From the IMG/VR virus record IMGVR_UViG_3300020193_000015: a DNA stretch of 64,000 nucleotides; one strand, given 5' to 3'. This DNA comes from a virus. The notes beneath the pieces were generated by a model that saw nothing but the letters and a program-made list of their open reading frames with translations, was not told where the DNA came from and searched no databases. Position numbers and translations under genes: made by a program. Positions 8,765 to 18,662 of this stretch are shown in pieces; the stretch's first letter is position 1, and every line of letters starts with the position of its first letter.

Positions 8765-9850
8765 ATGCGAAGTCACTTTTGGGATGTAGTGGTAAGGGGA
8801 TTTTTACCCATTCGTGATCCTGTATTAAAGGGAGATTTATTTGAAAAAATACCCCTTACAGGATCAAGGAATGAAATATTTAATTATTTAAATCAAAATA
8901 AAGTTGATTTAACAGCATTTGTAAACAATGAAGAAGATTGTGAACGGCTCTTTAGAATGTATTCCTATGCTGCTAGTGCCTTTATTCATTCCCAAAGTGA
9001 ACCGCCTACAAACGTTCTACCAAAAGAAATAGCCGTACCTTTAGTTAAGTTCTCTCAGATACTAGACAGAAAGCCAATTCTATCATATGGTAGCTATTGT
9101 TTAAATAATTGGCAAAGAATAGATGTTACCAAACCTGTAGAACTAGGTAATATTCGTTTATTGACGCATTTTTGCCCTATTCCATATAATCGGGATGAAG
9201 CTTGGTTTATTCTGGTGCATGTGGATATAGAAAATTCAGCAGCTTTGGGTATTTTTGCTTGTCATTCGATGCTTTTGCAAGACCCCTTAACACCTGAATT
9301 TGCTTTCTTTGTGCTTAATCAGATAAAAACCAGTCTGATTAACATGAATAAAGCCTTGAATAGAATGCCAGAAGAATGTAGCCCAGAGCATTATTTTTTA
9401 TTCGTTAGACCTTATATATTCAGCTTTGAAAATGTTGTTTATGAAGATTGTTTTCATGGTAAACCGCAAACTTTTAGGGGTGAAACAGGGGCACAAAGTT
9501 CTATAATACCTGCTTTTCTTGCAGCATTGGAGATAAAGCATAAAGATTCAATGTTGACTCATCATTTGCAGGAAATGCGGGATTATATGCCTAAAGACCA
9601 TCGCATTTTCCTGAATAATTTAGAAAATAGTTCTGTGCATCTAAGGGAAGTGGCTAAGAAAGACAGCAAGTTAAAGCCTTTATATAATGAATGTTTAATG
9701 CAACTTATTGATTTTAGAGAAAAACATTTTGAATATGCTATTAACTATATTGCTAATAAAGTAGAGAATCCTAAAGGTACAGGAGGAACACCTTATGTGC
9801 CTTGGCTTAAGCAGCTGAAAGAAGAGACTAAGCAGCAAATTTTGGAGTAA
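8765..9850 (+). CDS. hypothetical protein
   Basis: the ORF track begins at 8732 inside the hairpin motif; ATG 8765 is more plausible. Confidence 0.45.
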   Translation: MRSHFWDVVVRGFLPIRDPVLKGDLFEKIPLTGSRNEIFNYLNQNKVDLTAFVNNEEDCERLFRMYSYAASAFIHSQSEPPTNVLPKEIAVPLVKFSQILDRKPILSYGSYCLNNWQRIDVTKPVELGNIRLLTHFCPIPYNRDEAWFILVHVDIENSAALGIFACHSMLLQDPLTPEFAFFVLNQIKTSLINMNKALNRMPEECSPEHYFLFVRPYIFSFENVVYEDCFHGKPQTFRGETGAQSSIIPAFLAALEIKHKDSMLTHHLQEMRDYMPKDHRIFLNNLENSSVHLREVAKKDSKLKPLYNECLMQLIDFREKHFEYAINYIANKVENPKGTGGTPYVPWLKQLKEETKQQILE

Positions 9851-9852
9851 AC

Positions 9853-9987
9853 ATGAAAGATTATTTAAGGACAATCAAGCTTGGCATCGGAGAAGGTGAA
9901 CCCGGCAAGCAAGCATGTTGGATGAGTGCCCTTTCTGCGCATTTGGGCGGGGAATGGACAGATAGTTTGGAATGTGTTGATCCTTAA
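9853..9987 (+). CDS. 44-aa N-terminal module MKDYLRTIKLG..CWMSALSAHLGGEWTD..CVDP, paralogous to the N-termini at 38949 and 39938; ends in TAA
   Basis: direct sequence comparison; the gene junction GAGTAAACATGAAAGATTAT is also duplicated at 38945. Confidence 0.45.
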   Translation: MKDYLRTIKLGIGEGEPGKQACWMSALSAHLGGEWTDSLECVDP

Positions 9988-10601
9988 ACTTTGAGGCAAA
10001 TGGTCCTGGGTGGAGAGGAGACAATTATTATTTAACAGAAAAAGAAAATAATTGTTCGGTTTGTGGAGCTACAGAAGAATTAACTCGGCATCATGTTGTT
10101 CCATACAGTTATAGAAGATATTTCCCAGAAGAAGTAAAATCACATAATCATCATGATATTGTGCTTTTATGTGTTCCTTGCCATACCGAATATGAACGTG
10201 AGGCACGTAAATTTAAAAAGCAAATTATAATTAAGTATGGCATTTCGGTTAATGGTACTGGATATCAATATGACCATGAAATAGCAATAGTTAAAAGGTT
10301 TTCTGGTACTTTATTGGAACATGCCGCTTTAATCCCACAAGCTAGAAAAGAGGAAATGTACCAAGTTATAAAGGATTATTGCAAAAAAGATGTGACGACA
10401 GAAGATATGAAAAAGCTGGTTGAGACTTTAAACCCACATACATACTCAGAAGATCATTTAAAACATGCAGATGCAATTGCAAAACTGGTTGATATTCAGG
10501 AATTTGCTAGAGAATGGAGACAGCATTTTATTGATTCTATGCAGCCTAAATTCTTACCGCTTCATTGGGATGTGAATCGTTCTGTTTATAAGGAAAATTA
10601 G
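9981..10601 (+). CDS. HNH endonuclease (CSVCG..RHHVVP..HNHHD..CVPCH); no canonical in-frame start
   Basis: the frame opens at 9981 immediately after a TGA; the first in-frame canonical start is GTG at 10161, downstream of the zinc knuckle; a -1 shift at the stop of the 9853 ORF would fuse the two. Confidence 0.55.
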   Translation, partial: SLNFEANGPGWRGDNYYLTEKENNCSVCGATEELTRHHVVPYSYRRYFPEEVKSHNHHDIVLLCVPCHTEYEREARKFKKQIIIKYGISVNGTGYQYDHEIAIVKRFSGTLLEHAALIPQARKEEMYQVIKDYCKKDVTTEDMKKLVETLNPHTYSEDHLKHADAIAKLVDIQEFAREWRQHFIDSMQPKFLPLHWDVNRSVYKEN

Positions 10602-11023
10602 TGTATTCATTTATATTTGCATGCATTTTAGATTTTGTAGTAATGAAGAAAGTAAGAAAGGTTCTTTTTCCACTCAAGACACCATCTGAAATCTTCCTAG
10701 CTAGAATGAAAAAATATGCTAGTTGTCTTATAAGGCATAGTTATTTTTATGTTAGTTCAGAGGAAACGAGTAATTTTTTCAATATTTGTGCAGATTACCT
10801 TGATGCCATAAATACAGAAAAATGTCCTGATATGGCTAATTTTGTATTAAAAGAAAAATTAGAATTAATAGACGCAAAATGGTATGCATTAACATATAGC
10901 TCATACAATGGTGAAAGTAATTATTTGACTTATACTGCTGAAGTATGGTATTATCGCATAACAGGAGACGAAGACCCACTGGCTTCTAAAATGAGATATG
11001 TGGATATTTTAAAGAAGGTTTAA
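10601..11023 (+). CDS. hypothetical protein
   Basis: ORF track. Confidence 0.4.
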   Translation: MYSFIFACILDFVVMKKVRKVLFPLKTPSEIFLARMKKYASCLIRHSYFYVSSEETSNFFNICADYLDAINTEKCPDMANFVLKEKLELIDAKWYALTYSSYNGESNYLTYTAEVWYYRITGDEDPLASKMRYVDILKKV

Positions 11024-11024
11024 C

Positions 11025-12932
11025 ATGTTATTTTATGGTATTGTTGCTGGAATTTGCTTTGTAGCTTTTCTGATCTTTGTATGGCTTACTACAAGATACA
11101 TACCTAATAACAAAATAGGTATTGTAGAGAAACTATGGTCCAGAAAAGGATCATTAGGCGAAGGTGAAATTGTTGCCTTGAAAGGTGAAGCTGGATTCCA
11201 ACCAGAAGTCCTAAGAGGCGGCATTCACTTTGGTTATTGGAGATGGCAATATGCTGTCCACAAACGCAATTTGATTACTATCAGGCAAGGCAAGATTGGT
11301 TATGTATTCTCTAGAGCCGGACAGCCTTTATCTGCAACTCAAACATTATGTAAATATGTTGAATGTAATAACTTCCAGAACGTAAAAGCTTTTCTTTCTA
11401 ATGGCGGTCAGAAAGGTCGTCAAAGAGCAATTTTGCGTGAAGGTGTATATGTTATCAACACAGCTATTTTATCTGTAATCACTGAACGGATTGTTTATTC
11501 AATGATTACGGATAAAGATGTTAACTTAAATGAATGGCAAAGTCAGCTAGCAGCAGTAAAAGGTTTTGATCCTATTATCATTGGTCATTCTTCCAATGAA
11601 TCAGATGATATTGGCATTGTGACTACTCATGATGGTCCTGCTTTGGAAGATGGAGAAATCATTGCACCGGCAGTAGGCACATCTTCTTCTGATTCAAATT
11701 ACCATAATAATTACCAAGATATTGAAGCGTTCTTAAGAGCGGGTGGCAGAAGAGGTTTGCAATATGCCACACTTTTAGATGGTACTTATTTCATTAATAG
11801 GTGGTTTGCTACTGTTGAACATATTAAAAAGGCAGTTGTTCCTATAGGTTCAGTAGGAGTTGTAGTAAGCTATTATGGGCGTCAAGGGGCTGATACTTCT
11901 GGAACTCAATTTAGGCATGGCGAAAGGGTACATCAAGGCGAAAAGGGTGTTTGGGAATCTACTCTTGGGCCTGGCAAGTATCCCTTTAACAATTATGCAG
12001 GCCAGATCATTTTAGTACCTACTACCAATTTCGTGCTGCATTGGGTGACAGGCAAGAGTGAATCGCACAAATATGATGAAAGTTTAAAGTCTATAGATTT
12101 AATTACTAAAGATGCTTATGAACCACTTTTGCCTTTAAGTGTGGTGGTGCATATTGATTACCAGAAAGCACCTAGCGTTATTCAAAGATTTGGTGATGTT
12201 AAGCAGCTTATTACGCAGACTTTAGACCCATTGTTAAGTGCTTATTTCAGGGACGTGGCACATAAAAAGACTATGCTTGAGTTAATCCATTCTAGAGACG
12301 AAATTCAAGCGCAAGCCAGGAAGGAATTGCAGGCTAAGTTTTCCCAATTTGATATTGAATGTGTTGATGTTTTAATTGGTCGCCCCGAATCCTATTCAGA
12401 TGATGGCAAAATTGAGAATTTACTTGAGCAATTGAGGTTAAGGCAATTAAGTCTTGAACAAATTGAGACTTATAATAAGCAAAAGCAAGCAGCAACTACA
12501 GAACAGACTTTAAATGAAGCTTTGGCCCATGCTGCTATGCAAAAGGAATTAACGGGTTCTAAGATTCATATTGAGATTACTTCTAATAATGCCGAAGCTG
12601 ATCTTGCTAAGGCCAAGAAAGAGGCAGAAAAGACGATTGTTATTGCAAAAGCAGATAGCGAAAAGGCTAAATTGCAAGGTGTTGGTGATAGTTCTAAAAT
12701 TCAATTGGTAGGTAGTAGTGAAGCTGAGGTTTTGCAGAAGAAGATTGCTTCTTTTGGTGATTCTAAACTTTATGCTTTGTCCGTGATTGCTGAAATGCTT
12801 TCTAATAGCAAGCAACCTTTAGTGCCTTCTACTATGTTGGGTGGCAATAATTCTAATACATTATTGACTGCTTTAATGTCCTTAATGGTTAATGAAAAAT
12901 TAAGTGTTTCTCCACAAGAGCCTCAAATTTAA
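11025..12932 (+). CDS. flotillin/SPFH (band 7) family membrane protein (YqiK-like)
   Basis: N-terminal TM helix, SPFH-like core, C-terminal Ala/Glu/Lys-rich coiled coil (AKAKKEAEKTIVIAKADSEKAKLQ). Confidence 0.55.
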   Translation: MLFYGIVAGICFVAFLIFVWLTTRYIPNNKIGIVEKLWSRKGSLGEGEIVALKGEAGFQPEVLRGGIHFGYWRWQYAVHKRNLITIRQGKIGYVFSRAGQPLSATQTLCKYVECNNFQNVKAFLSNGGQKGRQRAILREGVYVINTAILSVITERIVYSMITDKDVNLNEWQSQLAAVKGFDPIIIGHSSNESDDIGIVTTHDGPALEDGEIIAPAVGTSSSDSNYHNNYQDIEAFLRAGGRRGLQYATLLDGTYFINRWFATVEHIKKAVVPIGSVGVVVSYYGRQGADTSGTQFRHGERVHQGEKGVWESTLGPGKYPFNNYAGQIILVPTTNFVLHWVTGKSESHKYDESLKSIDLITKDAYEPLLPLSVVVHIDYQKAPSVIQRFGDVKQLITQTLDPLLSAYFRDVAHKKTMLELIHSRDEIQAQARKELQAKFSQFDIECVDVLIGRPESYSDDGKIENLLEQLRLRQLSLEQIETYNKQKQAATTEQTLNEALAHAAMQKELTGSKIHIEITSNNAEADLAKAKKEAEKTIVIAKADSEKAKLQGVGDSSKIQLVGSSEAEVLQKKIASFGDSKLYALSVIAEMLSNSKQPLVPSTMLGGNNSNTLLTALMSLMVNEKLSVSPQEPQI

Positions 12933-12942
12933 GGATAAAGAA

Positions 12943-13518
12943 ATGACTTATATTGAACTTGTTAAAGCGGTGGCGAACGATATCGAAATAGCTTTTATTA
13001 GCTATGGATTAACTCCTGTTTTCGGGAGTTTTGGGGATGGAATAAACACTGGCTGTGCTGTTACAGCTTTATCAAAGAATAGTAGTCTTAAACGTGATCA
13101 TGGCAACAAGCATTTTGATGTAATAGCTGCCAAGGCGCTTCAGGAAAAATATAGTTTGGGACATTTCAGCACAGAGGTAGTTCACGGTATTGTTTCAGGC
13201 TTTGACTGTTGGCCTGGCGATGAAATTTTTGATGCCTGTTCGGATATTGTTGGGCGCAAGACCTTCACTCTTAAGTTTAGACATGCCAAAGAATTTATAG
13301 GTTTTCAACTTTTGTCTGATCCGAAAGCGTGGATAGACGACACTTTCAAATTAAGCAGGAAACTTAAAGAGACTGGAATATTAATTGGAATGCTTGTTCG
13401 ACTCCGTTTGTCCAGAAAGATCAAGAAAAATGCTTACATGGATAAAAACAAAGAAAGAAAGCTTGAAGATAGTAATAGCAATCGGATTAAAGAAGACAGC
13501 GATTGTTGTTGCGTCTGA
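12943..13518 (+). CDS. hypothetical protein (paralog family with ELVKAVANDIEIAFIS..TPVF N-terminus)
   Basis: shared N-terminal module with 14046 and 14538. Confidence 0.4.
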   Translation: MTYIELVKAVANDIEIAFISYGLTPVFGSFGDGINTGCAVTALSKNSSLKRDHGNKHFDVIAAKALQEKYSLGHFSTEVVHGIVSGFDCWPGDEIFDACSDIVGRKTFTLKFRHAKEFIGFQLLSDPKAWIDDTFKLSRKLKETGILIGMLVRLRLSRKIKKNAYMDKNKERKLEDSNSNRIKEDSDCCCV

Positions 13519-14074
13519 TAATGATTCAATTTTAGACGAAGTATCTGATTATGGGCCTTTTGTAAATGAAATAGGCATATTAAAACACAAGGAATATGAT
13601 AATGTGCCTGGACTTTATTTATGGCAAGGAACGTGGGCGGTGGTGCCTTCATCTGGATTTGCAGAAGAGGGTGCGGATTCATATGTTGAGTACGAAGGGG
13701 AAATGACTTGCCTGCTAAATGCTGAGAATTTTTTGGATAAAGAAATTGGGGAATATGAATCTGAGAAAGAAATTGCAGAAATTACTGAACCAAGCTCCCA
13801 CGCAAAAGTAGTTATAGCAATTGGTTTAAGCCAAAAAGCAATTGTACTTTCTTCTGATAACGAGAGGGTATTGCAGGATATTGAAGATATAAGCTCTGAT
13901 ATAGATGACTTAGGCATTTTTAAACCTAAAGATTACAATAATCCCCCTGGACTTTATTTATGGGAAGGTGAAGTCCATTGTAAATTTGATTGGAATGACG
14001 AAGATGCTTATCTAGAATTTAAAGGTGAATTAACTAGCTTGGCAAATGCAGGAAAAGCTTATGATGATTGTTGA
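13430..14074 (+). CDS. hypothetical protein with an internal tandem duplicated about 90-aa domain
   Basis: KIVIAIGLKKTAIVVASDND..GLYLWQGTW repeated as KVVIAIGLSQKAIVLSSDNE..GLYLWEGEV. Confidence 0.4.
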   Translation: MLTWIKTKKESLKIVIAIGLKKTAIVVASDNDSILDEVSDYGPFVNEIGILKHKEYDNVPGLYLWQGTWAVVPSSGFAEEGADSYVEYEGEMTCLLNAENFLDKEIGEYESEKEIAEITEPSSHAKVVIAIGLSQKAIVLSSDNERVLQDIEDISSDIDDLGIFKPKDYNNPPGLYLWEGEVHCKFDWNDEDAYLEFKGELTSLANAGKAYDDC

Positions 14075-14534
14075 ATTTATCAAAAAGGTAGCTAATGACA
14101 TTGAAATGGCCTTTATTAGCCAAGGCATAACACCTGTTTTCAAATCATGGGGCAATAGCAAGACTACTGGCTGTGCTTTAACTGCATTGAATCTTGCTAA
14201 TGGCGTAATATTAAGATTTACTTCGCCAGAGGCTTTTAGTGAAACATTGAAAACACTTGAAAAATTATATGGTTTATCCTCAAAAGCTGCTTATTGCCTT
14301 AGAAGTGGTATTCTTATGGGATATGATAGCAACATTGGAACTAAATTAATGCTTTTAACATTTGGAGGGAAAGCGGCTTTCATTAGGGATACTTCAAAGA
14401 TGAGGATAGACATAGAATTAATCTCTCCTTATGATTATTATTTCGTAGGCAAACTGATAGGTCAATTAGTTCAGAAAAGAATTCTAAGAAAAGTTAAAGA
14501 AGAAACTGTACCTGCTTGTTTAATTGGAGCATAA
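14046..14534 (+). CDS. hypothetical protein (paralog of 12943)
   Basis: IVEFIKKVANDIEMAFISQGITPVF. Confidence 0.45.
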   Translation: MQEKLMMIVEFIKKVANDIEMAFISQGITPVFKSWGNSKTTGCALTALNLANGVILRFTSPEAFSETLKTLEKLYGLSSKAAYCLRSGILMGYDSNIGTKLMLLTFGGKAAFIRDTSKMRIDIELISPYDYYFVGKLIGQLVQKRILRKVKEETVPACLIGA

Positions 14535-14537
14535 AAT

Positions 14538-14778
14538 GACAGTTATTGAATTTATTAAAAAAGTGGCTAATGATGGCAAAAAGAAAATCTTAACGCTAAT
14601 GCTCTTATTATTGAATTTGCAAAGAAATTTAAACATAATATAAAAGTATTAGGCGAAATGGGAGAATATAGCAAACCAGATTATTTCTTCGCTGGACAAT
14701 TAATAGGCAAACTCATTCAGAAAAGAATTCTAAGAAAAGTTAAAAAAGAAACTGTGCCTGCTTTAGTTGGAGTGTAAA
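14538..14778 (+). pseudogene. degenerate third paralog (N- and C-terminal segments in different frames)
   Basis: MTVIEFIKKVAND.. stops after 35 codons; ..GQLIGKLIQKRILRKVKKETVPALVGV in another frame. Confidence 0.35.
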
Positions 14779-14971
14779 ATGAGTTAGAAAGAAAAAGGAC
14801 TCCAAGATTAAAGAAGATGCTCGTAATAAAGCCCAAGCCATTTTAGATTTCTATATTTCAGCAAAAGTAGATGGCCTAAATGAAATAAAACAAATTTTAC
14901 ATGAAATCCATGATGATATGGGCGGCGATTATGGGTTTTCTGGAGATTGGTGGAAAAACACTAAATAGTTA

Positions 14972-15958
14972 ATGGAATTCAAGACCTTTATAGAAAATCA
15001 ATATAAACTTTTTGGCAAAGATGCTCAAAGAATTACAACAAATGAGCTAAAACTAGTCTTTTATGAACTAAAGACTCTCATTGGTAACTCTTTCCCAGAA
15101 ATGGAACTTACAAGGTGGCTTCCCGCTAAAGAAGATCACGGCGATATTGATATCCTTGCTCATTCTCGGCAAACACCCGTCAAAGACATTCTTGCAGCTA
15201 ATTTAGGCAACCAATTAGTCAAATTCAGCAAGAATGGCAACGTCAATTCTTTTTTATTCAAAAGCAATCTAATCAACAAAGTCGTTCATGTCGATCTTAT
15301 TACTTCTCCACCCGATTTGATGGATGCAAAACGTAATTATTATGCCTTTGGTGATGCCAGCTTTGTAATAGGTGTTATATCTAAAAAACTACATTTTAAA
15401 TATGGGACAGAAGGGTTCTTTAAGAGATTTAAGGATCAAGGAACAATCTGGCACGATATTCCAGTTACTAATAATATGAAAGAAGCCATGTTGATTCTTG
15501 GCTTTTCTAATCCTGACCAATTTAATCAAATTAAGACTAATGATGATACTGTAGCTTTTATCGCTACCAATCCTTTTATTGATTCCAGTTGGTTTATGCA
15601 TGAGAATTTAATTTCTAAAGATAAACAGAGCCAGAATCGCAGAAAAGGCGCTGATTATATTCTTGATAAACTTAAAAGCTTAAATTTAAAAGGTAAAATT
15701 ACAGATGAAGACTATTTCTTTAAAACCCTTTATCCTGAAAAATATAAAGAAGTTGAAGAACAAAAGGTAGCATTAAATCAAAAAGCATATGTTAAAGCTT
15801 CCAATTATAATGGTTATTGGTTAATGAATAAATTTGGCATTAAGCCTGGACCGCAAATAGGAAATATATTAAGATTAATGACTCAGAAGTATGGCGATCA
15901 ATTGGATAATGTGCCAGAACCAGAAGCGATAGAGTTTGTCAAGGGAATTATGAAATGA
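14972..15958 (+). CDS. hypothetical protein (possible minimal nucleotidyltransferase fold)
   Basis: HGDIDILAH resembles a Gx..DxD motif; weak. Confidence 0.4.
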   Translation: MEFKTFIENQYKLFGKDAQRITTNELKLVFYELKTLIGNSFPEMELTRWLPAKEDHGDIDILAHSRQTPVKDILAANLGNQLVKFSKNGNVNSFLFKSNLINKVVHVDLITSPPDLMDAKRNYYAFGDASFVIGVISKKLHFKYGTEGFFKRFKDQGTIWHDIPVTNNMKEAMLILGFSNPDQFNQIKTNDDTVAFIATNPFIDSSWFMHENLISKDKQSQNRRKGADYILDKLKSLNLKGKITDEDYFFKTLYPEKYKEVEEQKVALNQKAYVKASNYNGYWLMNKFGIKPGPQIGNILRLMTQKYGDQLDNVPEPEAIEFVKGIMK

Positions 15959-16374
15959 CCTTTGAGGAAATTAAGAAAGCATGGTTCAAAGCGAAGATAG
16001 GATTTGTTGATGAGTCCGATCTTAGGTTGATTAAATCTGAAGTGTTTGATGATCGAATATGTATGTTTTATAAGTGTCCATGCGGTAGTGATCATTATGC
16101 AATGCGTTTTATGGTACAAGAAGGTTATTCGCAATATCCATCATGTATTCTCAATTGTTTTGTTAATAATCATCAATGGGGTATAAAGGTTGCTGATGTT
16201 GCCGCTATTATAAAAGAAGAGGAAGAAAAGTATCTTCGACTTATAGAACGGGCACCAAAGATTATCAAGAAAGTTATTGCCCAACGTGGAATGTCGGAGG
16301 AAACATTATTTTTCTTGGAAAATACACATGGCATTGATCGTGAAATGGTTTCTATTATAGAATTAAATCTATAA
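15955..16374 (+). CDS. hypothetical protein
   Basis: ORF track. Confidence 0.4.
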   Translation: MTFEEIKKAWFKAKIGFVDESDLRLIKSEVFDDRICMFYKCPCGSDHYAMRFMVQEGYSQYPSCILNCFVNNHQWGIKVADVAAIIKEEEEKYLRLIERAPKIIKKVIAQRGMSEETLFFLENTHGIDREMVSIIELNL

Positions 16375-16415
16375 ATCCTATTGTAAAACAGAGATAAATA
16401 TGTTATATTTAACTA

Positions 16416-17588
16416 ATGCTTGTAGCAGAACGACATTATATACAAGAAACACTTGAAATTGTCCGACTATGTACATTAAGCAAAGAACTTTACAATAAAT
16501 GCAATTTCTTGATGAGGCAAGCATGGTTTATAAATGAAAAATTACCTAATATAAATTTGCTTGTTCGAGAGACAAAGCCATTAGACTGTTACAAAAACCT
16601 TCACAACACCAAAACAGCAGCACAAACAATACGTAAATGTCTTGTAGATTGGGCAAACTTCCTCAAAACCCTGAAAGCATACAAGAAAGACCCAACAAAA
16701 TTCAAAACTAGACCTAAACCGCCTTATTATAAAAATAAACTCACACAAATTATATTCTTTAATGAAACTATCAAGAAAAGACCATTGAAACAAGATGTAA
16801 TTACCCCAACGAACAATCTATTTTCAATTAAAAGTGACATTAAAGAATTTAAGCAAGTAATGATTACTCCTAAAACATTTGGTTTTATAGTAGACATTCA
16901 ATATGAAAAAGAAGTCAAGAAAGTAAAAGTAAGCAAGAATAGGTTTGCCTGTATAGATGTTGGTGTAAATAATTTAGCTACGATAACTTCAAACCAACTG
17001 GAGCATCCCATATTGGTTAATGGTCGCATACTAAAAAGCATCAATAGATTCTATAATAAAAAACCTAATAAGAATAATAGTAGGAAACGTTATTTCCGTA
17101 TTGAGAATTATTTCCATCATGCTTCTAAATTTATAATTGATTTATGTATTAAACATAAAATTGGCAAAATCATTATCGGTAAGAATGATGGTTGGAAGCA
17201 ATTTTCTAAAATACGAAAAGTACAAAACCAAAATTTTCAATATATTCCTTTTTATAAATTTTTAGATAAGATTAAGTATAAAGCAACATTAGCGGGCATT
17301 GAAGTTATATTTACTGAAGAATCATATACAAGTAAAGCAAGTTTCCTTGACCATGATTCAATACCAACTTATAAAAAAGGCAATAAACCTCCTACTTTTT
17401 CTGGTAAAAGAGATAAAGGAATGTATAGAACATTTAGACCTATTCATGCTGACGTGAATGGAAGTTTAAACATAGGATGTAAAGTATTCGGGGATAAAGT
17501 CTACAAGGCTTTCCCTGATAGGAGCATTGCCGCAATGCCAGTACGAATTAATCCATTGAAGATTTTTGCATATAACAGCAAAAATTAG
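16416..17588 (+). CDS. tnpB: TnpB-like (IS200/IS605 OrfB / Cas12-ancestor) RuvC-fold protein, 390 aa
   Basis: RuvC-I FACIDVGVNNLATIT; RuvC-III HADVNGSLNIGCKVFG; TnpB-like C-terminus; no CxxC..CxxC zinc finger; RuvC-II glutamate not evident (IIIGKND). Confidence 0.65.
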   Translation: MLVAERHYIQETLEIVRLCTLSKELYNKCNFLMRQAWFINEKLPNINLLVRETKPLDCYKNLHNTKTAAQTIRKCLVDWANFLKTLKAYKKDPTKFKTRPKPPYYKNKLTQIIFFNETIKKRPLKQDVITPTNNLFSIKSDIKEFKQVMITPKTFGFIVDIQYEKEVKKVKVSKNRFACIDVGVNNLATITSNQLEHPILVNGRILKSINRFYNKKPNKNNSRKRYFRIENYFHHASKFIIDLCIKHKIGKIIIGKNDGWKQFSKIRKVQNQNFQYIPFYKFLDKIKYKATLAGIEVIFTEESYTSKASFLDHDSIPTYKKGNKPPTFSGKRDKGMYRTFRPIHADVNGSLNIGCKVFGDKVYKAFPDRSIAAMPVRINPLKIFAYNSKN

Positions 17589-17814
17589 ATTAATTCTCAA
17601 ACTTAGATTTATTTATTTCTAGGAACGGTGGACTATTCAATGTTCTGAGTGTAAAAGACATACTTGGCCCAATTTAGGTGTCAACTGCCCTGCTGGGTGC
17701 GATGTTGCTCTTAGTGCATGTTACGCTTGGTGGTATGGATATCAAAATGAAAAGTCTTTTGATGCCGTAAAATTGATATACAGTAAAGTTAATTGGTTAA
17801 AATCTATATAATGC

Positions 17815-18567
17815 ATGCTTTCTTTGCATGCTAGGAAAAAAAGTCCTCCAGTACCGCCAATTACATTAAGAGAATATTATTTTTCACAAGATAACCAGGC
17901 ATTTCTATTAAGTGGGCAAGTTGATTTCAATAAGATGATGGCCGGTATCAATCTTCCTATAAATTCTCACATCTTAGAAATAGGTTGTTGTACAGGTAGA
18001 GTGTTACGCAATTTTTGGCCTGTATTGAAAAAATATAGAGTTGATGGTTGTGATATAGAACCGGCATATGTTCAATGGTGTAGAGAACATATGAATCCAA
18101 TGCGATTCTATTTTCCTGAAGAAATTCCTTTAAATACTTATGATTTTGTTTATTGCCAATCTGTATTTACTCATATTCCAAATCCAATTCCAGATTTATT
18201 TAAAATAAGGAAATTTCTCAAGAAAGATGGTTTATTTTATGTAACAATTCATGATGAAGTTGATTTAGAAAGAATAAAGGGATTTCCAGAGAAAGAACAG
18301 TTACGTCGTTTTATCGAAGACTATGTTAATTTAAATGAATTTCATGTGTCCACAATCTATTCAATTGCTCTAGAACAAGGAAGAAATTGTAAAGTTTTCT
18401 ATAACAGAGACTTTTTTGTAAAATTAGCTTCTTATGCTGGATTTAAATTAATAAAAATAGTTGACAAAGCACATAGAAATGGCACTACGCAAACTGGACT
18501 GTTATTCCGTACATATCTTCAACAAAAATCAGAGGTTTGCATTATTTTCAAAAAAAGTGTCATTTGA
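17815..18567 (+). CDS. class I SAM-dependent methyltransferase
   Basis: ILEIGCCTGR motif I. Confidence 0.5.
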   Translation: MLSLHARKKSPPVPPITLREYYFSQDNQAFLLSGQVDFNKMMAGINLPINSHILEIGCCTGRVLRNFWPVLKKYRVDGCDIEPAYVQWCREHMNPMRFYFPEEIPLNTYDFVYCQSVFTHIPNPIPDLFKIRKFLKKDGLFYVTIHDEVDLERIKGFPEKEQLRRFIEDYVNLNEFHVSTIYSIALEQGRNCKVFYNRDFFVKLASYAGFKLIKIVDKAHRNGTTQTGLLFRTYLQQKSEVCIIFKKSVI

Positions 18568-18662
18568 TGTTTATTTTTGGAAAACATCTGCTATAATAAA
18601 AGTGTAAGGCAAAAGGGCCTTGCGATTTTGCAGTAAAAGACTGCGTAGAAAAGGAGAACGAA

